Below, piece after piece: positions 12,301 through 24,300 of a DNA stretch of 64,000 nucleotides. Numbering within the stretch: position 1 is the stretch's first letter; every line of letters starts with the position of its first letter. Below the pieces are notes generated by a model. That model was not told where the DNA came from, did not search any database, and was given only the letters and a program-made list of their open reading frames with translations. The stretch is from the NCBI GenBank assembly GCA_951804945.1, contig OX638149.1, positions 51,956,001-52,020,000 on the forward strand, in the 5' to 3' direction. Origin of the DNA: Podarcis cretensis (lineage: Eukaryota). A program made the translations under genes and the position numbers.

Positions 12301-15300
12301 TGGCCGCAGCGGTTGCATATAAGAAAACTTTTTTCCTAGTGGCAGGAATGTCAGTCGATATAATTCCCAAGAGGAACGCCTCTGGGGTTTTTTACATGAT
12401 ATTTTAAGCATTTTTTAAAGTTCCTCTTGAATGTCACTCCAATTTTTTTAATATACACACACTCCCACCACATATGATACATGGTTCCTATCTCTGTTTT
12501 ATATCTCCAGCACAAATTAGATTTTGATTTATAAATTTTCGCCAATTTGACCGCGGTTAAATACCATTGATATATCATTTTCATTATATTTTCTCTGATT
12601 GTGACACAGGCTGTGAATTTGATATCATATTTCCATAATTTCTCCCATTGATCTAAACAAATCATGCGGCCTATATCTGTGGCCCACTTAATCATAACTT
12701 CCTTCACCTCTTCATCTTTTAATTCCCATTCTAATAATAGATTATACATTTTAGATAATATCTTTTTAGGATTTTTTAATAACTCTCTTTGTAGTTTTGA
12801 TTCTTCTTTGCCAAATCCGATAATCTTATCCTGCCTGAATAGGTGATCAATTTGATAATATTGTAGTCATGTATTACAATATTAGGGGACGCAGGTGGCG
12901 CTGTGGGTTAAAGCCTCAGCGCCTAGGACTTGCCGATCGAAAGGTCGGCGGTTTGAATCCCTGCGGCGGGGTGCGCTCCCGCTGCTCGGTCCCAGCGCCT
13001 GCCAACCTAGCAGTTCGAAAGCACCTTCGGGTGCAAGTAGATAAATAGGGACCGCTTACCAGCGGGAAGGTAAACGGCGTTTCCGTGTGCGGCTCTGGCT
13101 CGCCAGAGCAGCGATGTCACGCTGGCCACGTGACCCGGAAGTGTCTCCGGACAGCGCTGGCCCCTGGCCTCTTAAGTGAGATGGGCGCACAACCCCAGAG
13201 TCTGTCAAGACTGGCCCGTACGGGCAGGGGTACCTTTACCTTTACCTATTACAATATTGGCCAAGTTCTTCATAAGATCTTAACCTTAATTGGCCTTGAT
13301 CTTCTTTTACTAATTGCTGATATGTGACCCATTTGCCTTCCGTATTTTTCTTTTTTCTTTTTTTCCTTACGTTTGACTGACATTCCTGGGTTGTCCTATA
13401 TTGCTGCTTCACTTAACATTGTTTGCCGTTCAGTTACTGATTTTAGCAAACTTGGTTTCCTGCAAAGAGGAATTATGCTGTGTAAATGATTGCTGGCAGT
13501 GCTGTTCAGAAACTGGAGGCAGGAATAAATGCTGGGAGTTTATTCATCACCAGCTTTTGCTTTTGACCATTATGCAACAGTACATCCTCTTGGCTATACA
13601 GACCATTATTCCTTATGCACATTGATAGCTACTGCCAACCATTGCAATTATAGAAGTGAAGACTGGTTAATTTATAGCAAGCAATTGATCGTTAAAAAAG
13701 GGAAGAAATTGAAATGGCAAATGATCTGGAAGAAGTAGAAGCTGTGCTTAGCTTTTACTTACGCTTTTACTTACATTTTACTAACATCTGCCTGGAGTTC
13801 ATCTCCTCCCTTCTTGGTAGCAATGTTTGTTTTGGGCTCTAAAATTACTGAATTCTCTGGAGTTTCTCTGCTCCAGACATTCTGGCTGCTCAGGATAGTT
13901 CAAGGAATTGTTATTTCCTCTGAGACAAAACACATCTTAACAGTTTTTGAATTTAGTTTTGATTTTCAGTGTGTGACCTGAGAAGTCCTCAGGATGGGAT
14001 AGTTCTCCCCTCCCATTGCAGATACATTGGGGATATCTTTCTATTCCCTGGGATGGTGAATTGACATTAAACAATTAATCAAACAAAGATCCCCAGTGTT
14101 AAGTTACTAGATGAGTTCAAACAAGGTATTTTCTGATACGCATTGTATTCAAATGTATAATAATAACTCTATTGCTGACATCCCAGGATTTCAGCCAATT
14201 GAATGAGCTTCATTAACATCATGCCCAGCTCTGGCAGTATTGCACATTCATATACTTTGATAAATAAAGAATTCCCTAACAACTGACATATCCTTTTCCA
14301 CTATTGATAACATTAGTTATTTCTTTGTTCATATGTATGTATTTTGAAGTGCTTTCCCCTGTAGGACTATGTATTACTGAAGAGTCATTTCATTTAATAT
14401 TTTTTTAACTGGCAACCACATGCCTTAGATTCCTCTAACATCTATCACCCAGAGCGCTAGTACTGTGTTGGCTTCTGACATATTGAATGATGGAAAAAAT
14501 CTCTTCACTGTGGGCTCCCTTAGCTCTCAACATGGTTCTGTGAATTTTCAGTGCCAATTAGGCTTGTGGGTGGAGTTGCAGTGTGAGTGAAGAGCAAGCT
14601 GGAATTTAACTAATAGCTATATATCTTTAAAATGTGGATTGCATAGATGCATTTCTAGCACCACTAGTATACTCAATATTTAGAGAATCATCTCAGAAAG
14701 TAAAAGCTTTGAATACACATAAATGTGTAGGCTCTTTATTACTATACTTACAATAGAAGCACATTGGCAAGGGTTGTGTGGGATTGTATACACTGCCAAT
14801 AGCCTCCATTTACTGAAATTCCCTGTTCAGAGTTCTTGTCCTAATTAGGAAAGGTTAATTTGTCCACCTTTTGCCAATTTTTTTTTAAAAAAGCACAACT
14901 AAACTAAACAAAATGACTGCAAAGAAATAGTTTGACTATGTAGCAGGAACCCCCCACCCCAATCATTCAGTTTGTACAAACTTCACACACGCTCACACTC
15001 ACACACTACATACGCCTTGCTTCTGTTATAAATTCATAGAAAATCAACCATACATTGGATTTGCACTGTTCCACTTTTATTTTACTCCATGAAGGAAGGA
15101 CTACAAAATGGGGAAGGTTTGATACAGGGCAGCCATAATCCCTTCAGCATCCCAGCACATACACAGGAGCCCTGCCCAGTTGCTATGCCAACCCTGATGG
15201 TCCCAGACAGAAGACAATCAAGATCACAAAGAACTTGCATATGGGAGTGGATTCAGCATGGACTGAAACAAAGGACACTGATCAGATCTTCCCTCAGGGG

Positions 15301-18300
15301 GCAGGAAACTGCAAACTCCCCTTTGTCTCCTGGAAGTGACTCATGGGGAGGGGGAGAAGGGAACCAACCAGGTGACAAGACACTCAGGTTACCACCAACT
15401 CCTCCCTCAACCCCTCCTTTCTGTAATGTATGCATGATGTTACCACCACAACTCCTCCCTCAACCCCTCCTTTCTGTAATGTATGCATGATGTTTCTGGG
15501 GGTGGGCTAGACCTAGAGGAGGGGAATTTCAAAAGTTTTTATAAGACCTTGCACACTATTTTTCTGTGTCTTTTCTCTCACCTGCAAGTGAGGGGAGTAC
15601 CCTGTTGCAACAGTTCAATAAAGGCCAAGCCTACAGGCTGCTGATTTGCTCCAATTTACTCTGGTTGGTGTCTTTACTTTTTGTCCAAGGGAGCCCTCGG
15701 ATTTTTCCGGTAACAACTAGATGCTGTATCTGTTGGCAGCTATCAATGTCTTGAAGGCATTTCAAGGCTAATTTTGTTTCTTCTATCTCCAGGTGACAAC
15801 CTGAACCACTGCTGCTACTGATTGATAGCTTGCACAATGGAAGCAGGAGGCTCTTTTTAATCCTCTAACCTGTGCCCTTTCAGATGTTGTTTGACTCCCA
15901 CCACAGCCAACAATGCCTGTGGTCACAAATGATGGGAGTTGTAGCTGTAGCTAAATATTAGGCTAGTCTAGGTAGATATGCAACTTCCTTGTTGAACTAG
16001 GGATGGTTGTCTGAGGCAGAGACGCAACCTGAACTTTGGGGAAATGTGGTCATTTCTGATACCAGGCAGTGTTGTAACTTTGGTTTCAAAAACAATGGAA
16101 ATGCCATGTCCTTATCCCAAGTGATCATCCAGATTACATGCCATAGGCTATTCTGAATTTAACCTTTGGGACGCCTATCTTTTATTACTGTGGGCTTGGG
16201 GCCCTTGAGATGCCTTGACAATTCTGGGGTTCTCTGGAGTCTAGAAGTATGAAAGTTGCTGGAATAACTTGTGATGGGAGCATTGATTAGTAAATCTTTT
16301 GGTTTCCTTTCTTTGTTTGATTCTGCTTTAGGCTGAATTATTGGAAATGATTGTTAATACTTTTGAATTCAATTATTTCAGTGTCTGATGAGCAATTAAC
16401 ATGCTGTACTCCAGTGATTGATTTGGGGAAAGCCTCTTAAGGCTTTCTTTCTGTGTTCTTGCAGCAGCATTTTTAAAACTGGGAGACTGCCATTGAGCAT
16501 GTGTCTATGTGTTTTAGTGGGACTTTGGGACACTCTAGGTAAAGGATAGGGAACCTTTGGCTCTCTAAATGTTGTTGGTCTACATCACCCATCAGTCCTG
16601 GCCAGCATGGCCAATGGTCAGGGATGATTGGAGTTGTAGTCCCAACAACATCTGAAGGACCCAGGTTCAGCATCGTTGCTCTAGGATCTGGCCTAGGGCT
16701 GTCCTTTGGCGATGTACATCCTTTTGCCTCAAATGGAGCATGCTTACTTTCCTGTAATCTACAGGAACTTCTCTTCCTGCTTCTGCCTCTGTATGTTTGC
16801 TGGCTTTTCAGAGGTATTGACCAAGTAATGAGGGATTTGATTTCCTGAATTATTGTTTTGTTTTGTTTTTTAGCTCTGCCAAGCAAGAAGCAGTCCTTGA
16901 TCCCAGAAGTGTTAGGAACTGAAGTTATTTCTTAAACTCCCCTGTGACTGGCTACTCTTGGGTCTCAAAACTTGTGTGAAAGAGGAGTGGGACAGGTGGT
17001 GGATCTGAGTTCTTAAATCCTAGAGCATTCTATTTTCTATTTTCTATATATCAGGACCAATATTAAGGACCTTGAAATGGACATAGGAACATTCAGTTTT
17101 GTAACTGAAAATGGGTTCACTGACTTTTCAGTATTAGCAATATCCTGTTGTTTAAGTGTCTGGTAGTATGAAAAAGCTACTGTTTACCTTTTCATGCATA
17201 CCTTGTATAGGAAACCTGACATATAAAAAAGCAATAGTTCATCCAGATTGCAACAGAGTCTAGAAAGGGAGGAGGAGGGGAAATCAACTTCTAGATTTAT
17301 CTAGTTAACAACTAGGTAAACATGTTTTTGAGCTCATTGTAGTTGTGAGTGTATACAACTCTGTGTGTGTGTGTTGAAACTTTTCTGTCCAGCCCTGTCA
17401 GCTCAGTCCTTAAGCTTATTCTGGTTAAAGGACTTTGGTTATTATGGTATAATGTAACTTTGTTTCTGTTCCTCCAGGGCAGGGTGCACTTCATGGGGTC
17501 CAGCCAGGTAGGTGGAATACCTGGGGTCATTGGCATTTAAAGAATGTGGCATTCTTTAGCATGACTGTGGCCTGTGGCTGGGTTATCTCAGGGGAGCCCA
17601 AATTCTGCAAAGCTGAGGGTGGCATCCCAGAACCTCAAAGTTGCACTTGATGTGCATTATGTCAAGTAGATTGCAGTCATGCTTCTCTAAGCTGGTGGTA
17701 TAGCCATCTTGGTAGCTTTCCAAACTGGATATGTGGCTTGGAAATTCCCTGGCAGAGCTCTGTGTGGACTTCAGCTTGCGGTCTTCACTTTGGGTGCCAC
17801 AGTTCTCATTTGACGCTTCAGCCTGCCTTCTTTTTTTCTTGAATGGTGATGGGTATACTATCCATCAGGACATATCTCCCAGGCAGTCATTACTGCTAAC
17901 TTTCCCAATTGGAAATCTTTTGCGGGTGATTTCTTCTGCAGCTAAGTTTGCAGGATATTGCATGACAGTGATGTGTGATTTATCTTATTAGGAATCTATG
18001 CAGGATGGAATGGTTTTTGCTTTATTCCCACTATGGCATCATTCAGACACAAATCTTTGGCAGAACTTGGCCTTCTTTATCCCCTGTGACCCAGCAGTAG
18101 GCTGAACCTATTGTTTGCGGAACAACCTATTCAAGTACATTTGCCTGCCATTCTCTGTTTATTCCATAGTAGTCCTTCTATTCTTCAGCATCTCTTCTTG
18201 CAAGTGGTCACTGGCCTGCTGTATCTGCAGATCATGTCTCTGATTCTATGCTAATCATTTCTCCACCAATTTAGATGCAAGTAGATGGTTACTTTGAAAC

Positions 18301-21300
18301 ACTGACAAGTGTCAGTTCTCCACTGTACTATTTTTCTAGAAGAAGAGGTGCCAGAACTCATCATGAACACCTCCCTTGTTCTCTTATGATGGCAAACTGA
18401 GAGGTGCTGGAACTGAGTTGTGGCTGAAAAATGCCCCTGTTCTCCATCTCTAAATGTAGCCATTGACTTTTGGCTTCCTTAGGCATCTCTGCATATATCT
18501 AGAAGCTCGATGAAGATCATTTTGATCACAGAAGGTGGTGTAGGGGAAGCACCTTGAACTGCCAAGAACCCTGAATTTTTCAGCCTTGTTTATGATGACA
18601 AGACTGTTTTTGTACCTTCAGAAATATAAATGCCCTAGACAAAGAGGTGCTGGCTCCTAACTATACCATCATTGCTTTCATTTCTTTGCCTGCGTTATGT
18701 CTCAAGCCATTTCTCCAATCACTTTAAGGGTCATGTCATCAACTTGATAGTGCAGGAAAAGGAGCAGCTGTAGACTTCCTGTTTAATCAAGATATATGAC
18801 AACTCACTGTGTTACTTGCAACATGCAGTTCTCCACATTCTGCATTCTGAGAACTTTTCTGAGGCTTTTTAAACAATCTGTTGTTTCCTTATTCACTTAG
18901 GTTAATTTAGATGCATTCCCCCCCCCCCCATGGAAAGAATCCCTGCTGTGGAAAGTGCGGTTGTTAACCAGAGTATTCTCAGAGGAATAAAAGAACTGCT
19001 GCACGTCAAACAATGTGACGTGGACATGTTTTCCTAGATGGGGAGAATGTCAGTGTGTATGTGTGTGTCTGTGTGAATTATAAAATGGTGCTGTGTTATA
19101 ACCTAGGGTATTTTACACTTTTGTACTGCAATAGCAGAACATTTCTAATTAAATGGGCTGTCATGTGCAGATGAGTACTGTAACTCCACACCTGAGGCAT
19201 TAATCATTTCATTAAAAAAACAAAATCTTTTCTCATTTGATTTGCATAGAAACTTGACACATGGGTTATTGTTTCATAGTGTTCCTGAAGTTTATCACAC
19301 TTTGGACTTGTTGCTCAAATTTCAAATGGCCTGGGCATTTTTCTAGATAATGCACAACATGGAAGTGCTTTAGTTTATTTGAAGATAGTCTTGTAGAAGT
19401 TGTTGTTATCGTTAGCTTTGCAGCTGTACCTGGTAACAACAGCGCCACACACCACAACTGTGCAATGGAATTTCTAATGCATACAATATTTTTATGGTTC
19501 AACATCAGCAGGGGCTTTATTTCAGATTTAAGCAGGAGCTTTTATGATAATTACAGCTAACCCGTTTGGGACAAAGGCAGTTGAATAATTGCTTAATGTT
19601 GGGTGCATGCTCAATGCTCCCTGCATGGACTGATGGGACTCTAGTTGTGTCATACAAGAATAGTGTTAGGGTGTATATTTGCATTTATTGGAATGTTATG
19701 CTACCTTGACTAGAGCTTGGTCTAGAAGTAGAAGCCTATAGAAATAAGCCTTGCTTAGTCTATGAAAAACAAATACTGGAGAACAATCAGGAGATGAACT
19801 AGAAAGAATCAGTGACTATTAAGAGGCTTCATCACTTGATTTGAGATTGCATATGGGATACTTACTTCAGGTAACCAGAAGCTTGTGGGGCAAGTGTAAC
19901 CATAAACTGGCTTTTAATTGTCCAGGTCCTGAAGAGCTAGGTTTGACCTGAAGTTGTAGTCTTTCCCAACTTTAAGACCTTGAAGTGGAACCATAGTTAT
20001 ATATGTACCTTTCTCTTGACACTTACAGCTGGCAATTTGAAGATCCATCCTAAATACCCCATCTGCCTGATGTTGTTTTCTGACCCACCAGTTGGAAAAT
20101 GCTGCTCTAAAGCAGTAGATATCAATATGGTTTGATCTTGCATTGTGTTCTATTTATACACTGCCAAGTTTTGAAAATCAATTTCTCAAAAACATCTGCA
20201 CAGGACTAATTATCATAATATGTTGCATTGGTGAAAGTGACTACTATAATTCCACACCTGAGTTATTAATCTATTCAGGTTCTTTTCCCATTTCCCATTA
20301 CAGAAATTCACATTGTCTGAAACTACCTCTTTGTCAAAGGAAGATTCTCCATTTCTTAATAGAACAGCTGTGGTTTGTAGAGTCAACAGATACTACCATT
20401 CAGGTCTTGCCACTCAGATTTCCTTTGGGCAGGAGCATTTCTTCTTCCAACCTAATAGGGTTTCTTTTCATGATATATTGCACCATCATGCGTACCGGGA
20501 ATTATTTTTGTTCTCATCAAAAAGGGGTGCAAGGCTGCAAAATATCTCATAGGAGCACCATTTTACTACATTGGTCACAAGATTGTGGCACCATTCAATG
20601 TACTGCCAGGAGCATCTGCAATCTACTCCAGTGCGTACACTGGATGTGCGTACACACAGTTTGTGGCCATTGAATATATGGGAAGCTGTTTGGAAGTCCC
20701 TTGGTTAGGTACTCTATTTTTGGGCAACCGTGGGATAAACTGTTGGACATTGGTCTTGTGATCTGGCTGTAGTTTTGTACGGTCGTTCCAGATGACCTCT
20801 GCATTGCTCTTCTTTTTTTTCTGTCACTGGTGGGTGCCATGTTGTCCTGCAATGTCTTCTACCTTCGCATGCTTCACATGTGTTCATGTGATGGTATATC
20901 ATCCTTGCATCCCCATGGCATTTACCTGGTGCTTCCCCTCTACCTTAAGCATGTCTTTGACTTCCCGTGCTGCAGCTGTTTGCATATTTTTTTTGGGGAG
21001 GGGTGGAGTAAGTTTTATAGTTACATAATCTCTGTTTATGTGTTGAAGGAAGTCAAATGAGAAGAGGAAAATAGGCAGGATGAAAGGAAATCTCTTATTA
21101 TGGTTAGGGTTTTAGGTGGGTAGAGTAGCATACTAGATACATAGCTTAATTGACTCTTTCTGTTCCTGTGATGTGCGGATTGTCATTCCTTTTGTGTATA
21201 TACAACATACTAGAGACTGCCACTCCTACTTTCTCTGCTCTGTGAAGTAAAACACTGAAAGATGTATCCATGACTTTTAGTTACAGTGGTGCCCCGCAAG

Positions 21301-24300
21301 ACGAATGCCTCGCAAGACGAAAAACTCGCTAGACGAAAGGGTTTTCTGTTTTTCAAGGTGCTTCGCAAGACGAATTTCCCTATGGGCTTGCTTTGCAAGA
21401 CGAAAACATCTTGCGGGTTTGCTTCCTTTTTCGTAAAACCGTTAATACCCGGGGAATCCGCGCTCCGCAAGACGAAAAAATCGCAAGACGAAGCAACTCG
21501 CGGAACGAATTAATTTCGTCTTGCGAGGCACCACTGTACTTCCCTCTCATGAAGGCATTTGATTTGTTTGGATCATGGCTTGTAGTTGGTATATTTAAAG
21601 CTTTTCTACCTTGCTTTTTAGTAAAAAAAAAAAAAAGCTACTAGTGCAGCTTAGCCTAGAGATAAAAAAAACAAGACTGTCCCTGCTTACTTTCTTAAAA
21701 ACACAGAGAAAGGGAGAGAAAGTGATAAGGAAGGAAGAGGAAAACATGTAAAGTCTGGCACCAGATTGTAAAGTTACAAAGCTATTATGAAGACTAACTG
21801 GGATAGCAAGGGTCCAGGGAGAAGAAGAGCCAAAAGGAGCTAGTTCCTTAGAGTTTATGGAATGCTCCTGCTTTCCATCTCCCTCATTTGTAACTTAATG
21901 GAATGGTTGCTGCTAAGTGACGGTTGAGGGTAGAGGGAAGACCAAAGGGTTGCCTTCTAAATTAGATAAATCTTTATCACCCATGAATGAATTTTATTTA
22001 CCATCCAGTATGTGTACTGAACAGACTTCATACTTTTTGTTCTTTTGAGTATGTAGAACTCACAGAATCCTGAGGCCATCTTCCTTATTTTATTTTACTT
22101 TTTAAAAAACAAAACTCTATTCCCTTCTGAGCCTGGATTAAGTATAAAGTGGGCTGGTAGTGGTAATAAATGTGAGGTAAAGGTAATAAATGATGGTGGC
22201 TGACTTTGCAGCATGGAAGGTGTACATTTTTAACATCTTCAGTGTTATGATAGTGAAAGCCCCAAAGAGCTTTGTGGCACAATCTAGTCCCTCCTCATAT
22301 GCAGAAATGTGTACCTTTGCACACATAGGAGATGGTCATTGGTACACAATTTCTTCCTCATGGGTACAGGTTTGTGTGCGTGAAGAGATTGATCCTGAGA
22401 GAGGGTGATTCAGACCAAAATTTATTGTAGCATGAATGTTCTTAGAATAGAGCTAACATTATCAAATGCAACCAGCTGCTGATGAGGTAACTTCTAGTGA
22501 GAAGTCCATGATCAACCAGAGCATTTAATGGCCATTCATTAATATGACCCGCTTCCTTCTACAATTTTGTCTTACTTATCAAATGCTTTTAGCTCTGCTC
22601 ATTGTAAGTAGACAGAGAGGCAAGACCTGTGTTTATACGTTGTTCTACTGATAAGTCATTATTACTGCTCTCAGCCATAGATTATTGCAAAGGCTTTTAC
22701 TGTTGTCATAAATTTCACATTAGTGGTAATTTCACTGTCACGAAATAACCAGAAAAAACCCATGGTAAGGCATTTATTGGACTTTCATGTGACAAGAGCT
22801 ATATATCACCCCCAGGCCTAGTTTGTAACACTGCTGAAGCAGACTTACTAGGTCATCTGCCTCATTTGGGACTGGGGAAAAAGTTAAAGGTTATTTTACA
22901 GAGTATTTGTTCCAGGCTGATAGCACAAAATCTTGTGCTTCTGCAGTTTGCTGGTGGCTTCTTCTCACAGCTGATTCACTTTCTGATCCATAGTGTTTCA
23001 GGCCAATTCGTCATTGTGCAGTCCTTGATTTTGTTTGTGTTCCAGTTCTTTCCTTATCTACAAGGACAGCAGGTGGTATGGAACTGTGGATACACTGGGG
23101 GGAAATGATGGACAAGGCCAATACTTTGTAAAGGATCAGTGACCTATTCTCTGAATGTTTGTGGGGGAAGTACTGTCTTTCCTCCCCTCTCCACCTTGGA
23201 ATCACAAACCTCAGCAATGCTTACTAGAATAACCCTGTGGATACTCTGCTCCTCTGGGGGTATTTTAGGCTATTTCCTGCTTGAGAATCATTTCAAATTG
23301 TCTGCTCGTGATCCAAGAGTATGTGCCCCTCATAATTTATTTTCATCATGCCTTGCTCTATTCCACTTCTCACCCTTGGGTCCTCTCAAAATGCAGCCTT
23401 CTCTCCATACCGGTGAAGTTTCATGTTGCATTGTTAACTTTTTTGACAAAGCAGAGCCTTTGAACTTTCCACTAGTATCACCTTGGAATAGTTGAGTACT
23501 CCACAAGCAGTGCTCCATTATTTGCCTATTGTGGTGTCTTCATGCTTTGTCTTTCAACCTGCTGTGATGTGTGGCATTTTTTGTCCTCAGGTGACGACAA
23601 GTATGGGCGGAAAGTAATTCTGTTCAGTGCCTGCCGGATGCCTCCCAGCTATCAGCTTGATCATGTGAAACTGCTGAGGTGAGTGCTGCTGCAGTGAACC
23701 ACCTGCTTTGGCGAAGATTAGACCTGAGACTCTCCCCTGATCATTCAAATCTGTAATGATTTTGACTACATGAATTTGGGTACCAATTAACCCCCAACTA
23801 AGATTTAAGTCAAAATTCCTTAAGCACTTGGTTAGGAGTGCCCTTCATCAATCTGACCCCACCCTCTGGCTGTATATTCACTACCTCTGTGCCTGTGTTA
23901 CCTATATTACTTTCCTTATGCTGTGACTGCAGGAGGCAAAGAAGCAAATACATATTTTTAAAAAACTCTGGAGCTTAGGTATGTCCATCTCTCCTTAGCT
24001 ATTTGAAGTATACATTGGACCAGTATGTTGAGAGTGATTACACCTTAGTCTATTTGCACCATGGCCTGACCAGTGAGAACAAGCCATCCCTGAGCTGGCT
24101 GCGGGATGCCTACCGGGAATTTGACCGCAAGTAAGTGTGTGTGGCTGTGGATTTTGCAAGGGTCAAATTGCTGTGCGGGAACTTTTTTGGGTGAAAGGGT
24201 TGGCTTGGCTTCTCATCTTTCTCTCATTATTAGATACAAGAAGAACATCAAAGCATTGTACATTGTGCACCCAACGATGTTCATCAAGACACTGCTGATT

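Noticed and set aside
15089-15490. 133-aa ORF within the solo LTR
   Set aside because: No recognisable domain; its C-terminal half derives from the tandem duplication.
20143-21060. ORF-dense segment (176-aa ORF and others) in the large ARHGAP1 intron, possibly a decayed transposase, retrocopy or viral insert
   Set aside because: No motif, termini or TSD that I could recognise; a BLASTX/Dfam search would be needed.
21284-21536. Regularly spaced short direct repeats resembling a CRISPR array
   Set aside because: Eukaryotic intron; the repeats are 10-11 bp TIR-derived motifs bounded by TIRs and TA TSDs, i.e. a MITE; no cas genes.
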